Shown one piece after another: positions 50,530 to 62,141 of a stretch of 64,000 bases of DNA. The position numbers and the translations under genes were made by a program. The stretch is taken from contig NW_021835993.1 of assembly GCF_006345805.1 (NCBI RefSeq), positions 186,001 through 250,000 of the forward strand. The letters run 5' to 3'. The notes under the pieces are model-generated. The model saw nothing but the letters and a program-made list of their open reading frames with translations. It was not told the DNA's origin and made no database searches. The DNA is from Octopus sinensis (Eukaryota). The first letter of the stretch is position 1. Each line of letters starts with the position of its first letter.

Positions 50530-53100
50530 CAGGGTAGGCAAAATACGGCCCGCGGAGCAATCCAATCCGACCCGCATATAGATTTTTATATATTACCGAT
50601 AAAATAAATTTTTTAGATAAAATATTTAATTTGTACTTATGCTTTATGAATTAACATTTGATTCACGCTAATACTTTGTCATTTTAGAGGAAATCATTTG
50701 CTGTGGATGATTGCGTCGCCGTTTGGGAAAAGCTGGGATTGCCATTGCCATCTGATGTGACCTGCCAATCGGAGTGGACGTCGAAAGTCCACGCCAATAC
50801 GTTTTCATGCCTAAAGGAAACCATGGACCAGAGAAGGTTGGCTTGTTTACAAGCGGGCAGCCAGCCCCAAAGCGGCGCGTGGCTAAACTGTTACCCTTGT
50901 AATACAACTGGCTGCCTTCTTAATGATGAAGACGTAAGAATTGGAGTTTGTCTCCGCCTCGGTCTACGCGTCTATGAAAAACACCAATGCCGGTGCGGCA
51001 TGTGGACTGACGAGTTTGGATATCACTCCCTCTCTTGTCGAAACGGAATTGGACGTTCCTCACGGCATTCCGAACTGAACCAGATCATCTGTCGATCTCT
51101 TCGAACTGCTGGATTCCACACACAATTGGAACCTGCAGGGATTTTCGTAGAGGACGGCAGAAGACCCGATGGGATGACCACATTTCCATTCCAGAGGGGG
51201 AAGTGTCTGGTTTGGGACGTCACGTGTGTGAACTCCTTTTCCAATCAGAACATCAAATTATGCATCGAGAATCCTGGAGCCCCGTCTGAACGGGCAGAGA
51301 AGAGAAAAGCTGAGAAATACGCTGGAATTGGGAATGGGAGAGTGTTTTTCCCCTGGGTGTTGAGACGTCAGGAATACAGGGGCCTTCTACTCGGACCCTA
51401 CTCCAGCGCATTGCCTCATTAATCGAAAGGGTTACCGGCGACCCGTGTGAGCACCGGTATTTAATCGAAAGAATATCTATAGCAATAGTCAGAGGCAATA
51501 TTCTGGCTATCTGCCAATGACTATTTCTCTTTTGGTTTACATAAATAAAATATCAACTTTTATTGGTTGTGTATTCATCAATGAAACAAAATATAAAGTC
51601 GACAGCGAATGTCAAATTTTCAATGATTCTTGGAACCTTGATTATATCTTTTTTAAACATGATGGGAATCCTGTTTGCATGATTTGTTTTGACAGACTCT
51701 CTGTTAATAAAATTTCAAACATTTGGAGACATTCTGAATCATTTCATTCAGAATTTTTTCTAAATTTACCGGCTAAGAAAGAATTAATTAAGTTGAAAAA
51801 TTCAAACGCAAATTTGAAAGTCAAACTTTATTTTAAAAAAAAACCTTTTTCTGATGGCGAATTTGTGAAATAATTGTTATTGATTGCTGCTGATATTATT
51901 TTCCCTGAAAAAATGCAATTTGAACGATTAACTTTATCTCATAGAACTGTAATTTGACGTAGTGAAGAAATGTCACACGATGTCAAGATATCATTAAATA
52001 ATGCCTGCAAGGAATCGGAATATTTTTCAATTGCACTTGACAGTAGTACAGATGAGAAATACACAGCTCAGCTTGCTATTTTTTTTACACGGAGTAACAT
52101 CAAATTTTACTATTTTGAAGGTAACACAAAATTCTACTTTTTTAGAGTTTATAAAATTAATCCCTTTGCACGATACATTTAGCGGAAGTGATATTCTCGA
52201 TGTTGTTTTACAGATGCTGACAGAAATGAATATGGATATATCTAAACTTGTTGGAATTACAACAGAAGGAGCTCCCGCGATGATAGGAAACAAAAAGGGG
52301 GTGGTGACATTACTTCGGGAAAATAAAAAATTCGGGAAATATGGAAAAGTTAATAAAGATTCACTGTATTATTCACCAGAGGCCTTATGTGCGAAAATAT
52401 CATTACAACAAGACTTTATGGATATTGATGTAAAAATTGTTAACGTAATATTATCACGAGCCTTGTATCATCGTCAGTTTCAGCAGTTTTTGCTGGGTAT
52501 AGAATCCGAATATGGAGATCTAAAGTATTTTTCAAATGTTAGATGGCTGAGCAGGCGATCGATGTTGAAACGATTGTTTTCATTGCATAATGAAGTACGA
52601 TTATTCCTTGAAAGTAAATTTTGATGCTTCTATATTTCGTGATCCTGAATGGCTTGCCAAATTTGCATTTCTGGTTGACATTACTTCTCATCTTACTGAT
52701 CTGAATTTGAATTTACAAGGAAAAAATCTGCTGATACATGTATCATATTCTCACATTATTGCATTTGAAAATAAGATTAATTTGTGGATTTGTCAATTCA
52801 AAAATTGAAACTTTATTCATTTTCCAAATTTAAAGGAAACAAAATCAAATGATATATCCATTTTTTAGATGTCCTTATCGAATTGAAATCCCAATTTTCG
52901 TCTAGATTTTTGGACTTTAAAGCTCATACGAAAAATTTAAGATGTTTTCTATATCTTTCGATGTAGAAATCAATTCAGCGAATAAAATCTATTAATTGGA
53001 ACTTATAGATTTGCAGTCTGATCATGTTCTTAAAACGATTTTTTATTCAAATCCTTGTAGCATTGTGGAATTTTATGAGAAATATGTGGAAAATATCCGC
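50530..53100 (+). mobile_element. hAT (GTF2IRD2/SPIN-like) element, decayed, with a nested CRE
   Basis: 5' terminus CAGGGTAGGCAAAATACGGCCCGCG; KVDSECQIFN..PVCMIC; FSIALDSSTD; ITTEGAPAM; VRWLS. Right terminus not found. Confidence 0.88.
50690..51545 (+). mobile_element. 5'-truncated CRE element nested in the hAT
   Basis: RRLACLQAG..CRCG..HSLSC..RHSELN..RRPDGMT..LVWDVTC..AEKRKAEKY..ERISIAIVRGN. Confidence 0.92.
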
Positions 53101-53484
53101 TGTTAGTAAACCATTTCTAACCGACCCCTGTTTAGTGTATACGTTCCGGTTTTGGTAAGATTATTCTATATTATCCAACAATCACATCGAAATCCTTGTG
53201 AGCTTAGTTTCTTGAAGGTAAGCTACTAAAAATCCATAATAGATTAGTTCCTCAGTCCATTGTGTTCTTCGTAGTGAAGAGGGAATTTTTCTGACATGAA
53301 CGTCATTATACGAACTCTCCAGAATATGTATTATACAGTAGTGCAATAGAGAAGCGTCACCACCTTAACCTAAAAATGAGAGAGGTTCCTGGCCGAATCA
53401 TTCGACTAGTTCTGACGATTACCATCTGACTACGACAAAGACAATAAACAAATTGCAAGTCAATTAAATGATAGAAAACTGAAT

Positions 53485-54007
53485 TTAATTTCCCAGAGGT
53501 ATCTTGAGTAAAAGACGACTTTCTTTGATGTCACTAAGTTTGGTACAAAACTGTCCTACTCGAAAAGGGATTGGTGTTCCTCCCATTTAGTCCTCTCCAA
53601 ATAGCCGTCTTGTGCAGCAAACAACATTGTCCGGAGTTTGTGCATGCAGTCCGCCTGGTTGAGCGTTCTCCGTTCAGTGAGATCAGAGCGGACGACAAGT
53701 CTGTTCTCTCTGTCAATACGGGTAGGGAACTGCAGCAATGATTCTGTCGAAATACCATTTGGACTATTCTTTCGCTCAGTCTCTGATTCCCCCAGCTATT
53801 CAAGTCCATTCTTATCTCGACGGCTACCAATGTCAGAAGTGACTTACCGTGGGGGGACTTGGGGCAGTCGACCATTGTCTGTCCGTAGCGGAATTCCAAC
53901 TTATCTAATATGAGTGAGTAATGGTAACCGATGGGGATTTCTCCATTGAAAGAAGGGCACTGCATACAAAGCAGTCTTTTAAAACGTGAACCAAACCCAC
54001 TAAACAT
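53485..54007 (-). CDS. MRPL58: ICT1/MRPL58-like mitochondrial protein lacking the GGQ motif
   Basis: EIPI|DKLEFRY..H|AVEIRMDL..M|FPTRIDRENRLVVRSD..LNQADCMHKLRTML, matching the remembered ICT1 pattern IPLDRL..AEVRF..N.IN..GELIL.SE..RNLADC.QKIR.MI. Confidence 0.72.
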
Positions 54008-54050
54008 GATTATTATAATTCGTTCTATTAATATTTCAAAACAATTAATA

Positions 54051-54236
54051 ATGCAAGAAGTAGGTGGTGTGAACGAAAAATCAGACAGGAAGTATAATTT
54101 AATGACCGAGGACCCGTGGCAGAACATTCCCCCGTCCACCTACGAGGAAGCTCAGGAATATTTCCATCAAATTATGGACGAATATTCACATTCCCGAGCC
54201 AAAAGAAACCACAAATGGAAAAAACGATTCAATTAA
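54051..54236 (+). CDS. Small unknown protein, head-to-head with the ICT1-like gene
   Basis: The ORF fills the gap between ICT1-like and RanGAP and has a basic C-terminus. No family recognised. Confidence 0.4.
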   Translation: MQEVGGVNEKSDRKYNLMTEDPWQNIPPSTYEEAQEYFHQIMDEYSHSRAKRNHKWKKRFN

Positions 54237-54285
54237 CTGGCCTTTTCTTTCTTATCATTTAATTAACAACATTTGAATAAAAAAG

Positions 54286-55921
54286 TCAAATCCTTAACGA
54301 GGCAAACTTGCCCACAATGTCGGCCAATTCGTCCGTCCGAGTGAACTTGCTCCGATTTCTACAAATAGCCCGACACGACAACTTGGCAATGAAGACCTGA
54401 AACATTGGCACCAAATAAGGCGGAATGATGTCCCCAGACATGGACTTGCCTACCAATCCGAGAAAGCAGTCCAGTCGGCTGTGACTCAACACACTGACCT
54501 GATCCCCCTCAGACTGGAGTAAGCACACACACCCACCCGCAGTAGTCCACACATCACCAGAATGTCATTGGCATTACCCACGGCGACCTCCCTCGAAGAC
54601 ATGACGAGTAAGTGAGTGAGGACGTGGTCTATGTACAATTGAGGGACACTACTGAATATGGCCTGCTGTGTGGGGGGAGGGGGGCAGGCCTATGCACTCC
54701 TTCAACACCTCAATTCCCACAGAGGATGAGTCCCCCACCACTGCCTCCTCAAACTCGTCCTCACTGTCCAATTAAATGCATCCACAACTCGAATGGGCCA
54801 ATCTGGTCGGACTTGAAGCCAAGATGGAATAATTCCTCACGCACTTGCTCAATTCCGGCCTCCCCCAACTCATTCCCGTTCAAGTTGAGCCTTCCACCAA
54901 CAGGAGTCCCCCAAACCTCCAAAAAATGGAGTATGTGTGATGTGGACAGACCGCAGTGGCTAAAGTCCAGTGTCTAAACATATCACAACACCCAGACGTC
55001 GAAATGTGCTTCTGAATAGGAGAAGGCCAGTCCGAAGGCGGGGAAAGCAACTCCCGGGTAGTTATCACTGATATTCAACGACTTTAGTCTGTTCATTCCA
55101 TAAAGAGACTGACATGATTAGTGTGGTTAACCAAGGATAATAAAATGGCGCCCGTTTTGTGCATGTTGTTGTCAGAGACGTCCAGTGACTCCAACGTGGA
55201 GGACACCGAGGACAAGGCCAGGGACAAATGTCTGAATCCCTCGTCCACCACCGAATTTCCCTTCAACTCCAAATTTCTCAGCCTCTTTAGTCTCTAGCAC
55301 ATTCTGGGGGGAAATGAATACGGAAATAATTCTGCTCATTTTGGCCGCCCCAGCATCCCCCAGTCTGTTTCTGGAAATATGAAAATTGACAATTTCAGAG
55401 GACTGAGTGAGCCAATACTCGTCCAACATCTGGGAGTGGCCCACCAACCCAACCTTGGCACCCTCCGGTCCCAGTCCAGTGTTGTTGAGGTTGAGAGTCT
55501 CCAATTTGTGAAAGACCTTCGACTGGAAGTACTCCTGCAGTCCGGGAGTGCCAAAGGACCGATTGCGTTGTCGGACAAGTCGACCTCCCGAATGGACTGG
55601 ATGACTGACATGGACTGGCCGAGGAAGGTCTGGACTGATGGATGTGGCCTACCAGGGCTGCCGGGATCTCTGTGCTCGACCGGCGAGTGAACATGTTGGA
55701 CAGGTTGAGGACTCGCAGTGACTTGCAGTGAAGGAGGGCCTCCGAGATTTCCCTACAGGCATCGACGCTGTAGGAATTGCCGGAGAGACTGAGGGAGAGC
55801 AGAGTTGGACTGTTCTCTCGGATTTGCTCACATATTGGTTGTGCTGTCGATTAATTATATTTGTACCCTCCTCTACGGTGTTGATGAATGTTCCCGAGTC
55901 AAAACACAGAGTCTCACACAT
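54286..55921 (-). CDS. RANGAP1: Ran GTPase-activating protein 1
   Basis: LSGNSYSVDACREI..MFTRRSSTEIPAAL..REVDLSDNAIGP..LNLNNTGLGPEG..ISRNRLGDAGA. Confidence 0.9.
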
Positions 55922-55985
55922 GATATGAAATATTAGTCTAATTAATTCAAAGTTATATAAATATTAATATAATAAAAATTAAGTG

Positions 55986-56682
55986 ATGGAGTGTATCTCG
56001 TGCTATGTGTCTGAGAGTGACAGTCCTTCCAGCACGGAGGAGACGCCCCTCAAAATCCGTTCAGTTCCCCACGTGATCGGGAATTGGTCAGTGCACGTGT
56101 ATATAGACTGCACTCAATGGGGAGGGAGGAGAGTGGTCCCCCACAAGTGGGAATGCGTGGACAGTCCCCACATCAGTCTCTCTCGGACTGTCTACACGAC
56201 GAGGCAGTGCATCAACCCAATCTGCGAGTCCCTCCACCGGGCACTCTCCCTCCACTCACACTTCCACGTCAAACTCGACGACCAACTCACTTACTTCACC
56301 AACGACAGCCACAATCGGTTCCCAGAGAGTGCACATTCTTAGAGAGTTCGCCGCCCTGGTGGTTGTGGAGGGGACGCGGAGACTCGCCCAACTGGTGGGG
56401 GATGTGGACAGAGTATTCCACAAGTACCAATTGGAAGAATACTACCAAGTGAGGGGGACTGTCATGTTTGCAGGACCCGACCTTCCACGTCAGTCTACTG
56501 TGGAGGAACAGAGGAAGGAAGGACTATTGCCTGAATGGATATGAGGTGGTGGTGGACTGTTATGGTAGGACATGATTGGGGAGTATTTGGGGGAGGAGTA
56601 CTCCGTGAGGTATGTCCACGTCAAACTGGGTGGGAGACGACAATTTGTCATCCAATTGGCTACCAAACAGTCATTTGATTAA
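55986..56682 (+). CDS. USB1: U6 snRNA phosphodiesterase (2H family)
   Basis: RSVPHVIGNWSVHVY, HISLS (first HxS), VDRVFHKYQLEEYYQ|DPTFHVSL (second HxS). Confidence 0.88.
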
Positions 56683-56702
56683 TAGTTAATAACAATCCAA
56701 GA

Positions 56703-57874
56703 CTAGATAAGTAGAATAGAGAAGGCATCCATTATGTACTGGGCGTGAAGGAGGACACACAACCTGCTGGTACCCCACCCTTGACTTTGTCCCCAACTGG
56801 GAGGGCCACTTGGAGAACACATCCCAACAGTCCATTACGATCTTCCTAATCAGACAGAACTGATCCAGTTTGACACTATTCCGTAGCACAGTGGCACAGA
56901 AGGCGGAGTAGTCGTGTGAACTGGAATGAGACGGGAGGAATACAGATGGTAGCCCAGGGCAGTCCTCAACTCACCTGCATTGAGCACTACTCTGTCGGTC
57001 GAGTTGGCCGAGAAGAGGGAGACACATTCTGACACGTATTGCTTCAGTCGGACAAAGTCCTGCATGTTCAATTGGTCAGGACTTGGCTCGTGGGGAGTGA
57101 GGGATACCTGTGAGTGCAGAATCGCTTTACGAGTATCCGACATACACGCTCGTCGAATGGACGCTTGTCTGAGTTGACGAGTGCGCTCTGCAATTCTTGG
57201 ACGGATATCAATCCCGATCGGTTCACGTCGATCGACTGCATTTGGGCAACTAACCAATACAGTGAACCACGCCTCATAGGAGTCCTGGGAGTGTGAGGAG
57301 GCGGGATAGGCAGTCGGACCCCCCATGTAGTTCTGTTGAGGGTTTGGAAAGTTTGAGGTGGGATAGGCAGGCGGTCCTCCCATGTAGTTCTGTTGGGGGT
57401 TTGGAAAGTTCGAGGTATTTGGAGGGTTGGATGTAGAATAGGCAGATGGACCTCCCATGTAGTTTTGTTGGGGATTTGGCAGGTTCGAGTTGGGATAGCA
57501 GGCGGGCCTCCCATGTAGTTCGGTTGTGGGTTTGGTAGGTTTGAGGTAGAATAGGCAGATGGTCCTGGCATGTAGTTCTGTTGAGGGTTTGGGAGGTTTG
57601 AGGTAGAATAAGCAGATAGACCTGGAATGTAATTCTGTTGGGGGTTTGGGCAGTATGACTGGTTGGGGTTCTGGAATTGTCCGAAAAACTGTCCGTGCGG
57701 GGAAGGGGGCTGGTATGGGTAGTTATGCAGATTTGCTATAACTTAATTGCAAATGACTACATGTGTTGGGGTTGTCGTAGGCAAAGTTGTAGGGCTGAGT
57801 AGAGAGGGGAGTGAGTTGGGATTTCCACTTTGATTCCATTGGTTATCGTACGGGCCACCACCAGGATTATTCAT
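56703..57874 (-). CDS. PEF1: Penta-EF-hand protein (peflin/ALG-2 family) with a Pro/Gly/Asn-rich repeat N-terminus; 1-nt frameshift near 57500
   Basis: AWF..VDVNRSGLISVQELQSALVN..FDERVCR..LNMQDF..; upstream PNPQQNYMGGPPAYPTSNF repeats. Confidence 0.8.
57320..57650 (-). repeat. Coding minisatellite, ~57-bp unit, 5-6 copies
   Basis: The motif ..CAACAGAACTACATG(G/C)(G/C)AGG..CCTGCCTAT..CCTCAAAC.. recurs on the minus strand. Confidence 0.9.
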
Positions 57875-58379
57875 TGATATTTTAATAGATTTGATTTAAA
57901 TACACTTAATCATATCCAAACATCCAGGTGAAATAATAGAAAAACGAGGGTTGCAATTAATGAGAACTTTATGGAGGCGCAGTTTGCCAAATTCACAATT
58001 TTTCCTCCGTCGCCTAATGAGGGAGCTCTTGAAGCTACAAGAAGGCCTTTAAAGGCATCGAAGCTAAAAGGATACGGCAATAAATACGGGCCATATATCT
58101 TGAGGCATTTCCTTAGATCAGGAAACCTTCCATACAGCCCTGGGACTCTCTCCACACTCAAGTCGAAACATTCGAGGACATTTTTATCCGCCTAATATCA
58201 TTCCATTGGGGGCTCTCCAGCACCTCCTGAGGTTTGGAGAGGCTAAGAAGTGTGCACGTCCGTGGTCTGATGTTTAGGGCCGCAGGGAAAACTTAATATG
58301 ATCGTCAAAATATTTAATTGTGGGCGACATATGCCCTTTCGCCTGGGATCTGATTTTTACTCATTATTCGCAACAAATA

Positions 58380-58960
58380 TTCTGCCAAGTATTTTTTCTC
58401 AGAAATTTCGGTCTGAATAACTAAAAAAACTTTCAATTTTCAAAGAACATACTCGACATAGAATGATCCTAATCCTCTTTCTTCTTGATAAGTATTTCTT
58501 GCAGGTCGAAGATGTATTTGACGTTCCATTAATTTGGATAGAATTATTCTATCAACTACCTGAAACAAAATAGCAAGAGGATTTGAAGATAAGAATTTCT
58601 TTTGCCACTTAAGGATATTTGGTAATAATAGACAACTAAGTGGATCCATTGTCAAAATAGAGATAAACTATTAACCTACTCTATTCAGAATTTGCCAAAA
58701 CTTTATTGGCAGGTTCAACGGTCTTGTTTAAGTCAATCCAAACAGCAAACAACCATAATTCGTCATTTGATGCATAACAAAATCTCTTAGTCTCCATTCC
58801 ATTGTATCAACAGAATCAGTAGAGAAAAGGAATTGTTGAAAAAAGTGGTGTTGGCATTGTGGCTGAGTTTTCAAAACCATAATAAATCTGGACAAGTCCT
58901 GTCTTTTTATGGGTTTTATTGTATTTAGTGATGCAGTCGAGGAATGGGGATTGAGGAACA
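58380..58960 (-). mobile_element. CR1/L2-like LINE RT remnant
   Basis: FLFSTDSVD.. and LLPNILKW.. pieces resemble the pre-RT and RT-start region; heavily decayed. Confidence 0.5.
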
Positions 58961-59243
58961 CCACGACTAAATTTAATAAAATTATATTTTGATAGTGATT
59001 CAGTGATTGGTGAACGAATGGATTGTTGCTATAGCAACGTTATTATGGTTGACTGAATGGTGGTCATTGCAGGGATTGATGAATTTTTTGACTCGATTAT
59101 TTGAGAAAAAAGTCAATTTCCGAGCCGACAGACACAACTGATAGTCATGCTTATGATCTTGACAGAAAATGTTCAGATCCTAAAGGAGAGTACTCCTCTG
59201 CATTGAGTGCCCCCCTAATCATGGTCTGTGCACGTGTCCTGGA

Positions 59244-60075
59244 TTGCATCAGACCTCGCAGGGGACGTCGACAGAAAATGGTTTTGTGGACAAAAAAATA
59301 AATTCCTTCGGCCAACAGACTGATCCGCTTACACATTCGGGGTTCTTTGGGAAGAAAGAGGCAAAAGTGAGTGGAGAATGCGTGATGTGTTTAAAAGGAG
59401 GTTTGTCCTTGTTGGATTCCTTTGGGGAGGTGAGGGATGTCATTTTGTCGGATTCCGTGACCACCGAGGACGAGAAACGTAGGATATTTTTATTTGTCCC
59501 CGAATAGTCCAACTCCTCAAAAACGTGGCCAGAGATTTCTTGGACGTGAAAAAAGTAGACGAATTGTTTGTGTTTAGTCCGCGGACAAACTCAGTATGAT
59601 GGAACGAAGACTTGGGGCGGCCGAGGATGCCCACGAGCGGGCAGTCCGAGAAAACATGGCACTCCGAGGTTGCCCTCTGCGGATTTTTTAGAGGAGAATG
59701 GACTGTTGCAGGCCCAGATGGACGGATTGAGGGCGGAGAAGCAACAACTGAGTCTGAGAAGCGAATACCTTGGCAAAGAAAATGGTGTTTTGAAGAACCA
59801 GTTGGTTGAAAGAGTGCGAGGAGGTGAGACACCTGTCAGGAGGGAGGACGAGGAGTGTTTTGTATGGCTGATTTAGTGTAGGGAATGTGTGGAGTGGAGA
59901 GTGCGATGTCTCAACTATTTGACTCAATTGCAGCGAAGTGAGATCAGAAATAACCAACTCACCAATTCGTAAGTGAATCTTTATTTACAGCAGATTACTC
60001 AAACTGGAAAGTGATCGTCGTCGAGACTGCATTTGACTATTATTTTGTCAAATTCGATAAAATCTTGTGGTTTTA
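59244..60075 (+). CDS. Unknown coiled-coil protein (copy 2; 1 nt shorter than copy 1 near 59402)
   Basis: Paralog of 40080-40910. Confidence 0.5.
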
Positions 60076-60227
60076 ATGTGAGTTTTTATGAGGAGAATAG
60101 TAATGCCTAGTCATCTGCAACATTTCCAAACAATCTTAAATTAATGTTAACTTTGATTAGTTTAGTGTGACTAAGTTTAAAAAGAATTAGTAAAATTGGT
60201 TTGGGCAATGATAATTAATTTGAGTTA

Positions 60228-62141
60228 ATGTTTTGTGACAGAATCGGCAGTGATGGGCCCGTCACGTTCACAATCCAACAACACTCCAAAGACTTGGTGT
60301 GTCTGCTAACCTACGTCCGACGCAACTCCCAACTCTTTGACGTTCGACTCAAAGTGGAGGAAGTGGTCATCAACGCCCACAGAATAGTCCTCTGTGCCTG
60401 CTCCAATTACTTCAGGAAAATGTTTCTGTGTGGAATGGTCGAGTCCACGTCTGACGAGATACATATTCAGAACGTGGATTCGAGGATAATGCAACTCATC
60501 GTGGACTACGCTTACACTGGCGAAATTCTCATTTCTTCACAAAACGTGGAAAGACTGTTGGCAGCCTCAGTCTTGCTGCAAGTCCAGGCAGTGACGGCCA
60601 GTTGCTGCACTTTTCTGGGGAATAAGATGACCCCCTTGAATTGCATGGCAATTGCTCGGTTTGCCACAACACACGCGTCCCCCGAATGTCAGGCTCTTTG
60701 GGAGAAGGCGGTCGAGTATTCCTTCACCAGGTTCTCAGAGGTCTCCAAGTCGGATGACTTTCTACAACTCCCTGAAGAAGAACTCGTCCAAATCCTGACG
60801 AATGAACGACTGTTTACTCGTGTAAGAATGAGTGCTTATTCAAGTGCGAGTCGGAAGTGTTTTTTGCAGTTGTGGGGTGGATTGAAAGGGATTATCACAC
60901 CCGTTTTGACAGATTCGACAGACTCATGTCCTTGGTCAACTTTGGCGGACTTCCTCTCACATTTCTCCGCAAACAACTCACCAATCCGCTCAAAACCACT
61001 CAGGTGTGTGTCATACACTCACTGCAGTCGCCCAAATGCAAGAACTACATTCAATCACTCATTTGGCGAATGGAGAACCCCGCCATCCCTCTTGATTGCT
61101 GTCACAGGGATGGACCATTGAAGGTTATTTACGTGGTCGGGGGGTACAACGTCAAATCTATATCCCTCTTTGAGTGCTTTTGTCTGTCCTCAAAACGCTG
61201 GTTCAGACTTCCGGACATTCCATCTATTCGAAGTGGGCTGTGTTGTGCCATGACCCACCAATATTTGTACGTCATTGGCGGAAAAAACGGGAATTTCTTC
61301 CGCGGAACTGCCTTCAAGACTGTCTCTCGCTATGACCCGACTACAAATTGCTGGCAGGAGTGCTGCAGTATGCACGAGGGTCGGCACAGAGCAGGAGTGG
61401 GGGTAATCGACCATCAGATTTACATCACTGGGGGGTTGAGTGAGATAGAACAACTCGCGTCTGTCGAAAAGTTGTTGTTTTGTTAACATTTGAGATATTC
61501 CCCCTCTGGGAACGTGTGGACGTGTGTGGCCTCCATGCCCAGTCCTCGGATTGGACATGGCTGTGCTGTCCTCTACAGACATCTCTACGCGGTGGGGGGA
61601 ATCAGAGGGGACAGTCGCCTCAGTTCGGTCATTCGGTATTCTCCCGACGACGACGTGTGGACTGAGGTGGCTTCACTCAATTTCCCTCGAAGTGGAGCAG
61701 GTTGGGCATCACAATTAATTTTGAGCATGTTGTGCTACGTCCTCTCATATTTATGTGGTGGGGGGATATGACGGGGAGAATATCATGTCTTCTGTGGAGA
61801 GGTACGACCCCCTCACGGACACCTGGAGTCTGATGTCCCCCATGCCCGTCCCTGTCAGCGGACTGGCTTGTACGGCAGTGTGTCCGGATATAATCTTTGC
61901 CTTTGGTGTGATCAGTGTCCACATTTTAGGCGGATATAATGGTCGGGAATTTGTCAATCATTTGCAAATTTATAATATCGAGAGTGATCAGTGGAGGAAC
62001 CAGCCTACCGACAACTTTGGAAGGACGGGTCACGGCGTGATTGTTGGGGGGAGGCCTCAAATTATTCACCAGTTGGTCTTTGTCGACTATTGTAGGATGA
62101 GGGGGCAGAATATTTATTACATGTGTGGTAGTATTAAATGA
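60228..62141 (+). CDS. KEAP1: KEAP1-like BTB-BACK-Kelch protein (copy 2, in frame after splicing)
   Basis: After the intron at 61701-61725 it reads GAACCATSSHIYVVGGYD in frame. Confidence 0.87.
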
